From positions 1 through 62,394 of IMG/VR virus record IMGVR_UViG_3300013132_000054: DNA of 62,394 nt, one strand, 5' to 3'. The translations under genes were made by a program, and so were the position numbers. The notes beneath the pieces were generated by a model. That model did not search any database. It worked only from the letters and a program-made list of their open reading frames with translations, and was not told the DNA's origin. The DNA is from a virus (Duplodnaviria; Caudoviricetes). Shown piece after piece: positions 1-7,737 of this stretch (the stretch's first letter is position 1; the number at the start of each line of letters is the position of its first letter).

Positions 1-2059
1 CCCCTTGGAACATAGTTGCCAAGCTAGTTATCTTTCTAGTATCCCAATTTGATATATCTTGATTAAATGCAATTGCGTTTAGGAACATTGACGTCATTCC
101 AATACCCGCAACATTAGATACGTTCCAACCTGTTAATGGTAATGTGCTTGTTCCAGACAAACCTCCGTTATTAAACGCAGACGCATTTTGAAACATGAAC
201 GACATACTAGTAACTCCCGACACATTCCAACTATTACCATTTGTTCCAATATATCGGTTAAATAATGCGGCACTAGAAAACATAGTTATCATACTAGTAA
301 CCTTCCTAGTATCCCACGTTGATATGTCTTGATTAAACTTGTTAGCCGTATTAAACATACTAACCATATTTGTAACATTACTAGTATTCCAACCCGTTAA
401 AGGTAAATTACTTAATCCAGCCGCTTCCCCATTGTTAAACGCAATTGCGGATTGGAACATACTATTCATCAAGGTCACGTTTCCTACATCCCAAGAACTG
501 ATGTTTTGATTAAATGAATTTGCTTGTTGGAATAATGAAGTCATAATAGTGACACTCCCAACATTCCAACTTCCAATAGGTTGATTGAAAGTTGTCGCCA
601 AATAAAACATTTGTGCCATATTAGTAACATTACTAACATTCCAACCACTAATTGACGGACTACCTCCATTATTGAAAGCAGTTGCCTGTTGACACATTCC
701 AGACATATTAGTAACACCTGACACATTCCAAGAGACACCACTTGTACCAATATTTCTGTTGAACACTGATGCTCTATAAAACATATTTGACATATTAGTC
801 ACATTTCTAGTGTCCCATGTTCCAATATCTTGGTTAAATGATGTCGCTAAAATAAACATACTATTCATCAATGTTACATTACTAGTATTCCAACCTGTTA
901 AAGGTAATGTACTTGTTCCAGCCGCCCCTCCATTGTTGAAATTGGTGGCCGATGAGAACATCGAAGCCATTGTGGTCACACCTGATACGTTCCAAGAATT
1001 ACCACTTGTATTAATATTCCTATTAAATGCCGTTGCGTTGTTGAACATAAAAGACATATCAGTCACATTTCTAGTGTCCCATGTTCCAATATCTTGGTTA
1101 AATGACGCATTAGTAGAAAACATACCAAACATAGTAGTTACCGCGGATGTTGTCCAAGCAGTTAAAGGTGACGTTCCACCCCCATTATTAAATGAAGTTT
1201 GTCGGAACATTTCGTACATGCTATTCACTTTTGAAACATCCCAATTAGATATGTTTTGATTAAAGGTCGAGCATAATAAAAACATACGATACATATTTGT
1301 AACGTTACTTACATTCCAACCACTTAATTGTTGATTAAAACTTGTACACCTAACGAACATTGATTCCATGTTCGTGACCGCAGAAACATTCCAACTTCCG
1401 ATAGGTTGATTGAAAGTTCCTGTTGCGGTCTTGGCAAACATTGACGCCATTGTGGTGACATTACTAGTATTCCACCCACTAATCGAAGAACTACCTCCGT
1501 TATTAAATTGTGTAGCATTTTCAAACATGCTATTCATCGATGTCACACCCGACACATTCCATGAACCTATATCACTATTAAAAGATGTCGCACCAATAAA
1601 CATAGAAGACATATCAATCACACTACTAGTGTCCCAACTATTAACTCCACTTATGGTGACAAGTGAAGTACACCCATTAAACATTCCCGTTGTTGCAGTA
1701 ATCCCTACTAAATCAATTGTATCTGTAACTCCACTTAGTACTAAATTAGTACTACCATTGAACATATTTAGATTGGAGTTATTAAGTCCTCGTACGGGTC
1801 CCCATTTTGTAATTTCACGAAGTCTGCCCCTTTCAGTAGTAGTTAATATACTCATTCTAAAACCTGTTACAGTTCCACTAATAGTAATGGTATATGAACT
1901 TGCAACGGAGTATGTATGTGCCCTATTAGCGTAGGTATTTGCAGAAATGGACCCATCACCCCAGTCAATAGTACCTGAATAGGTGCCTAATGATTCATAA
2001 GGTAATGTAATTATCTGATTAGATGCTGTTGTTATCCACCTACTTATAAATTCCGACAC
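1..2059 (-). CDS. DUF285/BspA-type repeat surface (adhesin-like) protein with N-terminal PKD-like domain; runs off the window start, so it is absent from the ORF track
   Basis: My translation from GTG at 2059 gives MSEFISRWITT...YSGTIDWGDG..., then about 20 repeats of W(N/D)(V/T)SxVTxMxxMFxxAxxFNxxI. The frame is open to position 2, with an in-frame TAA just upstream of the GTG. Confidence 0.9.
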   Translation of the reverse strand, partial: MSEFISRWITTASNQIITLPYESLGTYSGTIDWGDGSISANTYANRAHTYSVASSYTITISGTVTGFRMSILTTTERGRLREITKWGPVRGLNNSNLNMFNGSTNLVLSGVTDTIDLVGITATTGMFNGCTSLVTISGVNSWDTSSVIDMSSMFIGATSFNSDIGSWNVSGVTSMNSMFENATQFNNGGSSSISGWNTSNVTTMASMFAKTATGTFNQPIGSWNVSAVTNMESMFVRCTSFNQQLSGWNVSNVTNMYRMFLLCSTFNQNISNWDVSKVNSMYEMFRQTSFNNGGGTSPLTAWTTSAVTTMFGMFSTNASFNQDIGTWDTRNVTDMSFMFNNATAFNRNINTSGNSWNVSGVTTMASMFSSATNFNNGGAAGTSTLPLTGWNTSNVTLMNSMFILATSFNQDIGTWDTRNVTNMSNMFYRASVFNRNIGTSGVSWNVSGVTNMSGMCQQATAFNNGGSPSISGWNVSNVTNMAQMFYLATTFNQPIGSWNVGSVTIMTSLFQQANSFNQNISSWDVGNVTLMNSMFQSAIAFNNGEAAGLSNLPLTGWNTSNVTNMVSMFNTANKFNQDISTWDTRKVTSMITMFSSAALFNRYIGTNGNSWNVSGVTSMSFMFQNASAFNNGGLSGTSTLPLTGWNVSNVAGIGMTSMFLNAIAFNQDISNWDTRKITSLATMFQG
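797..1105. repeat. 45-bp exact direct repeat (797-841 and 1061-1105), period 264 bp, inside the DUF285 gene
   Basis: agtcacatttctagtgtcccatgttccaatatcttggttaaatga occurs twice. Confidence 0.9.
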
Positions 2060-2095
2060 CCGCCAATAAAATTTTTAACCCCGTTTATTTATTTG

Positions 2096-2102
2096 ATAAA
2101 TA
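2096..2102 (-). promoter_or_regulatory. Putative late promoter TATTTAT upstream of the DUF285 gene
   Basis: ATAAATA on + strand; same motif recurs before most structural genes. Confidence 0.55.
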
Positions 2103-2111
2103 ATCAAATAT

Positions 2112-3080
2112 TCATTTTTTGGCGAACTCTTTGATGATTTTTACATACTCAACTGTCGCGGAACTATTATCCACATAGTCAAAAAAATCCCCATTTTCCT
2201 TGACTTTGTCTATTGGATTTACATTGATGAATTCCCCTTTATAGAATTTTTCCCTTTTCATTGAGTCCATAACACCTGCCATATGTAATATCGGATGTTT
2301 TTCATATGTTTCAATGTCTGATGTCGCCCAAGAAAAACTTAACTCATCAATTATTTTTGTTTCCTTACAATCTCTCCACAAATTCCAAAGTAATGCCCAC
2401 ATTTCGGCAGTCCAATATTGTATTTGTCCTGAACCTATCGGAAATCTTTTTTGAAAGTCGTGTAATTTGTCATATAGTAAAATCGAATCAATATATACTT
2501 TTTCCCAAAATTTAAAATCTGTATTTTTTATTATGTATTGTCCCCCTCCTGACCCTTCTTGTCTTTCTTTAACGCAACTTAATTCAACCCCAATCACATC
2601 ACACATTTCTTGTATTAATTGTTGTGGTTTTAAATCAGAATATTGTTGTTCGTGTCTATCTGCAACCGTCTTAATATACTCATATCCAATGTATCCCTTT
2701 GTATCGGATACATAAGATATTTCATCATCAATAAACTGATAATAATCAGGTAGTTCCCTGAATATAATATCTGCATCGTGTAAAAAAAATAATTCACCCA
2801 ATTCAGGATGTTCTTCCAACCATTTGCTAATTAAAAAAGGTTTAATGCTCGGAATATAATGTTTCTTAAATCTTTCATCCTTATAAAAATGAACATTATA
2901 GCCATAGTTTCTTAATTCCAAAGCGCCTTCAGATGGTTCTTGTTGCCCGTTGCATAAACCATAAATAATGTGAATGTTTTCAGGTTTAATTCCCTTACTT
3001 ACAAAATTGTGTCCATAAATTTTTGCTTGCCAATGAAAATACGGAACATCGGGCTGCGCGGTTACATAAATCAACTCCAT
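2112..3080 (-). CDS. GT-A glycosyltransferase resembling peptidyl-serine alpha-galactosyltransferase / hydroxyproline arabinosyltransferase (GT96/GT95-like)
   Basis: Ordered motifs YFHWQ, YIPSIKPxxxxxWL, LHDADIIFR (DxD), GGG, WTAEMWA. These parallel plant SERGT1 motifs as I recall them: YFDWQ, YPAINKPxxxxxWL, ILDADMIIR, VGG, WISEMYG. Confidence 0.72.
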   Translation of the reverse strand: MELIYVTAQPDVPYFHWQAKIYGHNFVSKGIKPENIHIIYGLCNGQQEPSEGALELRNYGYNVHFYKDERFKKHYIPSIKPFLISKWLEEHPELGELFFLHDADIIFRELPDYYQFIDDEISYVSDTKGYIGYEYIKTVADRHEQQYSDLKPQQLIQEMCDVIGVELSCVKERQEGSGGGQYIIKNTDFKFWEKVYIDSILLYDKLHDFQKRFPIGSGQIQYWTAEMWALLWNLWRDCKETKIIDELSFSWATSDIETYEKHPILHMAGVMDSMKREKFYKGEFINVNPIDKVKENGDFFDYVDNSSATVEYVKIIKEFAKK

Positions 3081-3117
3081 AATAAAAAATAATAATTAAA
3101 AAGTCAAATTTGTATAT

Positions 3118-3150
3118 AAAAAAAAACCACCTAATATGTAGGTGGTTTTT
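3118..3150. terminator. Intrinsic terminator, possibly bidirectional
   Basis: aaaaaccaccta-atatg-taggtggttttt inverted repeat with A and T tracts, downstream of 3170..5101. Confidence 0.8.
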
Positions 3151-3169
3151 AAGATTATTTTTAGTTTTG

Positions 3170-5101
3170 TTAGTTTGTCGATATGTATGCCGAACGTGTT
3201 TGTAAGGTATTCTTATCAGTAATCCCTTGACCTGTTGGGGCTGCGTGACTTCCTTTAATTACTATGTAGGTATTTGGAATAGGTGCGATAAGTGGTAAAT
3301 TAGCAACCAAGTCCGCAAAAAGTCCATTAACTTCACTAGCCGTTAAATTAGTTGTTGATTGGGTATATAATCTAATGTCGCAAGAACGGTTATTACCTGT
3401 CCAATTATTAAGACCTAACCAATTTGAAGCGGTGTTAACGGTATTACCAGTACTGATAATGTAAACATCGGGTGAAAACACATCATTTAAACCACCACTT
3501 ACAGTATTATTACCTTCAAGATTTAATATACCAAGACTAGTGGCACTTTGAAATGATGATAATGGTCCTGTTAAGGTGTTACCAGTCGTTGAGTATTCAA
3601 TATCGGAGTCAAAAGTAACTGTTGGAATATTATATAATCTGAAAATTCCTATAGTTTGATTTAGGGCTATCGCTGAGGTGTTGCCGCTCATAGTATTATT
3701 ACCACCTAAAGCAAAAATTTCTGTTGGCATCATAAACCCAGCAAAACTTCCATTTATAGTATTGTAACCGTCAATAATCATTTCAATTAATGAATTCATG
3801 TGAGATGGTTGGGAATCCGCTAAAAGTCCTCCTATTGTATTATACCCATTTAAATAATAATATTCAGTATTAGGTCCAAATACGATATTTCCAGATATTG
3901 TGTTATATCCCTCAATTTGTACCGAAGTAATACCCGTTAAAGACGAGCAATTTCCTGATAAAGTATTAAATCCATTAATACTTAAATTATTTAAATAGTT
4001 GTAACTTGTTAAATAACTAGTATTTCCACTGATAGTGTTATTACCCCAAATGGCTAAATCAATAATATACGTAGGTAATGATGATAAATCACCTTCTAAT
4101 GTGTTATTACCAATAATTGTAACAAATCTAGCACTTATTGGTAAGTCAGAAATATTACCATTAATATTATTATTTTTGGTAAAAATATTAATCAAACTAG
4201 TACAAGCAGATAAACCAAGAATATCTCCAGTAATGAAATACTCAGCGCTTAAATCATATAAATCAATTAATTTTCCAATTTCACTCGTAAATCCTGTAAG
4301 GTTAACCCCGTTGTCAAAAAAAGTAGTATTATAAATACCTGGAAGTTGTCCATTATTTATCGTATTACCTGAGATTTTAATATATCCTGATGAAGGTGAT
4401 GAATAAGTGTGAGAAATAACTTGATTTGATGTGGTATATGCCGATGTATTTCCGTCGCCCCAATCAATTGTATAATCAAGTAATCCTATTTGTAGTTTAA
4501 CACCTAATGAGCTATTGGTAATTGCCTGATATTGATATTCAACCGCCTCAGTAATATATAATGGGTCAGTTGGAGATGGTGTTGGAGTTACCGCATTTGT
4601 TGGTGTAGGTGTCGGGCTACCGACAGGATTTTCAGGATACCATTCACCGGCAATTTCAATACAACTACCAAGATAGTCATCCAATATTTCATAAGAAGCA
4701 TTACCAGTCGCTGACTGAACACATAAATATTGGATAACGTTAGACGTTGCAGTAAATGCTGATGTAACTCCATTACAATCCAAAATTGTAATAGTGTCAC
4801 CATATGTCCAAGCGTCAGTAGGTTGTATTGCAGTATAATTACAATAAAACGGTGACGGTGTTGGTGTTGGTTCAATACTACAAGAAGCTTGTCCTAAAAA
4901 TGAACATCCATTTGATACCGAATACGCACTTAATATAATTGTATTACCCCAGTTACCTACAGGTAACTGTATATTGAGTGGCATTTGTGTGACATCAGTT
5001 ATCGTAGGAGGATAAATATAAATTAATGTTGGTTCATTCAAACTCGATATTTGAACTTGTGATGGTGGTCCCGAATATGAGACTAATTTAACGTATGGCA
5101 T
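3170..5101 (-). CDS. Putative virion fibre/surface protein: Pro/Thr linkers, Cys module, PKD-like domain, LRR-like solenoid
   Basis: PTPTP tracts; IDWGDG...SHTY; repeated IxGxNTI/LSGxxxxL units. Confidence 0.6.
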   Translation of the reverse strand: MPYVKLVSYSGPPSQVQISSLNEPTLIYIYPPTITDVTQMPLNIQLPVGNWGNTIILSAYSVSNGCSFLGQASCSIEPTPTPSPFYCNYTAIQPTDAWTYGDTITILDCNGVTSAFTATSNVIQYLCVQSATGNASYEILDDYLGSCIEIAGEWYPENPVGSPTPTPTNAVTPTPSPTDPLYITEAVEYQYQAITNSSLGVKLQIGLLDYTIDWGDGNTSAYTTSNQVISHTYSSPSSGYIKISGNTINNGQLPGIYNTTFFDNGVNLTGFTSEIGKLIDLYDLSAEYFITGDILGLSACTSLINIFTKNNNINGNISDLPISARFVTIIGNNTLEGDLSSLPTYIIDLAIWGNNTISGNTSYLTSYNYLNNLSINGFNTLSGNCSSLTGITSVQIEGYNTISGNIVFGPNTEYYYLNGYNTIGGLLADSQPSHMNSLIEMIIDGYNTINGSFAGFMMPTEIFALGGNNTMSGNTSAIALNQTIGIFRLYNIPTVTFDSDIEYSTTGNTLTGPLSSFQSATSLGILNLEGNNTVSGGLNDVFSPDVYIISTGNTVNTASNWLGLNNWTGNNRSCDIRLYTQSTTNLTASEVNGLFADLVANLPLIAPIPNTYIVIKGSHAAPTGQGITDKNTLQTRSAYISTN

Positions 5102-5126
5102 TTTTTATTTTTTTATATTTTTAATT

Positions 5127-7658
5127 TTATGAACATAATACCGCATTTGTAACATAACCGCTAGCATCAACTTGTACCGCGACTTTATAAGGTGCATACC
5201 CTTCAAATGTATAATAAGTATTGGCTAAAGCAATCCACTGATTTCCACCATTAACCAATACACCATTCTCATCATACAATAGTAATACAGATGGAACAAA
5301 ATTGGCAACTAACTGTTGAACACTTTGAGTTCCGTTTAATGTTGACCCCATCAATTGATAGTATGATTGATAATCAAAGTTTGAGCATGATGCCCCACTT
5401 GTTGCTTGGAACGCATTATCTCCAACACATCCCATTCTATTTGAAATGTTTGAAGTTTTTGAAACATTTATTGAATAAAATGTTGGTAATGGGTCTAGTG
5501 GAGTTAAAGGCGCTAAGCTAGCGTTTACACCAGCGGCATTTAGGAATGTTCCGGTTCCAGCAATAGTTCCTCCAGTCATTTCAATTTTAATATATTCCCA
5601 TCCTGCTGCCGATGGATTAGTTGGTACTGCGGTATATCCTATTTGAATTTCCCCTCCCGAAGGTATAGTAAGTGTATATCCTGTAGTCACTCCATTAGGT
5701 AATACTACGTTAGGACCTAAACCATCAGAAAATACAAATTTATGTTGTAACCCACTTATAGTATTAATGTTAGTGTATGGCCAAGATATCTCGATATCAA
5801 CTGTAGCACCAGGTGTTCCAATAATGTCAATTGACCCTCCAATACCTGTAGCGGTTTGTGGGGTTATAAATCCACTATTAATCCTACACGCAGTGTTTTT
5901 AAATAAAATTGATTCAACATTAATATTATTTTGACAAGTCAAACAATCACTAAATTCTAAAATTGTTTGTAAGTAATTATATTGTGGTTGTCCATCTAAT
6001 CTAAATCCTGTATACTCCCAACATCCTTCATAGTCTTCTAATGTGTAAACATTCCCAATTTCAGCTCCTTGTGGTACACTTAAACTATATACTTTAGTTC
6101 CTGACAAGATTGATGCGAAGTAATTATTTAAATTATTTGTAACTAAAGATTGTGTAAATCCTGTAATTGTCGCATCTAAACTCCAACCAAAATTTTTCAA
6201 TCCAGCACCAACCTGATACTGTGATGGTAATGACTGATAAGCACTTGTATCTGTAAATCCTGTGAATGAGTTATAATAAGTTAAAGGACTAAAATCATAA
6301 TATTGCCCTTGGTTGTAAGTAAATGCAGAATAATTATTATATCTTTGATTTGGGTATGGCCATACCGTACCAGTTGAATTATTTTCACAATACGTTGCCT
6401 GAAAATAAGATGACGCCTGCGGTATTGACGCCTCCATTAATTCAATTGCCTGATATAATAAACCAAATCCTTGTGATTGATTTCTTGCCCCATTAGAATT
6501 AGCAGCAGTAACTGCTGTAGTTGGAACTGGGAATAGGAATGACCTAGCAAATCCGTTTAATGTAATATTAACATCTTCCCATACTTTTAACCAAGATTCA
6601 TAATCTCTTTGTAATGATGAACCCGAATAAGAACCTGAATATCCTGGATAGTTTCCTAAACAAGATGTTGGTACATATATTTGAGGTGCAGGATTTTGAG
6701 GATTTGGATATGGATACCCTCCATTATTAAGAATTGGGGTAAATTCCATACCAATTGAGTCAGTGTCCCATAAATAATATGATTGAAATCTATCCGTTCC
6801 TCCAGATGTTGCACTATTATTAAAACAATTATCTACATTCGCGTTACCCGGTTGTGCAGATTCATTTAATACAATAATTGATACATAATTAGTATCTCCT
6901 CCATCAAATTGACCTAATGTTATATTACTACCATCAACATAAGATGCGTGGTCAAATGGGACCCCCTTACTAATACCAGGCCCTGACAAATACGCCCCCG
7001 TCGCTAAATTTTTGGCTAACGCAATTCTTTCAATAATTGGGCTATTCTGAAGAGGAGTAGTATAAATTCCAGATTTAGTGACTCTACCCATTTCAATTCT
7101 AACTGTTGAGCTGTCTGATAAAGTTCCTCCAGTAGTAGACCCTAAATATGGGTAACACGCCCAATTAATCCATCTCTCATTAATTATAGGAATCTCATAT
7201 AAATCCCCAGTATAACCGCTAAGAGTTACCAAATCATAATACCAATTCCTAATTGATTGAGATGCCCCACTAAGTGTTTCAGTACCAGGTCCGGTAACAT
7301 TAACACCATCAGGGTATGAACCTGAAGTATCATAAAATACATAAATATTTTTGTCCAATGGTTGACCACACTCTGAAAATCCCCAAGTGCCAGGTGGTTC
7401 AATACTACAATCAATTAACTGTGGAATAGTAAATAACGTTGTGCTGGCAGACAGTTGGACAAAGACGTATTGGTCATAGTCAAATGCACTATCTATTGCA
7501 AAATAAGCCGGTAAATTTGTATCTGGAGTAAGTTGTGTTGGTAAAGTCACACAAAATCCATAATCTATTGTTGGTGGAATTGTGTTTGTATTAGCCGAAC
7601 AAACAACAATGTTACTATTAACATCCCCAGTATAATTTGTAATTAAAATTTCTGCCAT
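5127..7658 (-). CDS. Putative virion protein with vWA-like (MIDAS) domain and Cys-rich module
   Basis: NIYVFYDTSGS (DxSxS after a hydrophobic strand), later VSIIVLNES; GCWEY...FSDCLTC module. Confidence 0.5.
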   Translation of the reverse strand: MAEILITNYTGDVNSNIVVCSANTNTIPPTIDYGFCVTLPTQLTPDTNLPAYFAIDSAFDYDQYVFVQLSASTTLFTIPQLIDCSIEPPGTWGFSECGQPLDKNIYVFYDTSGSYPDGVNVTGPGTETLSGASQSIRNWYYDLVTLSGYTGDLYEIPIINERWINWACYPYLGSTTGGTLSDSSTVRIEMGRVTKSGIYTTPLQNSPIIERIALAKNLATGAYLSGPGISKGVPFDHASYVDGSNITLGQFDGGDTNYVSIIVLNESAQPGNANVDNCFNNSATSGGTDRFQSYYLWDTDSIGMEFTPILNNGGYPYPNPQNPAPQIYVPTSCLGNYPGYSGSYSGSSLQRDYESWLKVWEDVNITLNGFARSFLFPVPTTAVTAANSNGARNQSQGFGLLYQAIELMEASIPQASSYFQATYCENNSTGTVWPYPNQRYNNYSAFTYNQGQYYDFSPLTYYNSFTGFTDTSAYQSLPSQYQVGAGLKNFGWSLDATITGFTQSLVTNNLNNYFASILSGTKVYSLSVPQGAEIGNVYTLEDYEGCWEYTGFRLDGQPQYNYLQTILEFSDCLTCQNNINVESILFKNTACRINSGFITPQTATGIGGSIDIIGTPGATVDIEISWPYTNINTISGLQHKFVFSDGLGPNVVLPNGVTTGYTLTIPSGGEIQIGYTAVPTNPSAAGWEYIKIEMTGGTIAGTGTFLNAAGVNASLAPLTPLDPLPTFYSINVSKTSNISNRMGCVGDNAFQATSGASCSNFDYQSYYQLMGSTLNGTQSVQQLVANFVPSVLLLYDENGVLVNGGNQWIALANTYYTFEGYAPYKVAVQVDASGYVTNAVLCS

Positions 7659-7675
7659 AATTTTATTCTTTTTTC

Positions 7676-7682
7676 ATAAATA
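7676..7682 (-). promoter_or_regulatory. Putative late promoter TATTTAT
   Basis: ATAAATA on + strand about 18 nt upstream of start 7658. Confidence 0.55.
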
Positions 7683-7737
7683 TATAAAATGAAATATTTT
7701 TGTAATTAGCTTTTTATTTTTTATAATTTACATTATA

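Noticed and set aside
810-1934. Plus-strand ORFs 810..1259 and 1410..1934
   Set aside because: Antisense shadows of the repetitive DUF285 gene
1-2059. DUF285 nucleotide repeats as a CRISPR array or DGR template/variable pair
   Set aside because: Repeats are in-frame coding units; no unique spacers, no adenine-specific mismatch pattern seen, no reverse transcriptase or cas gene in the window
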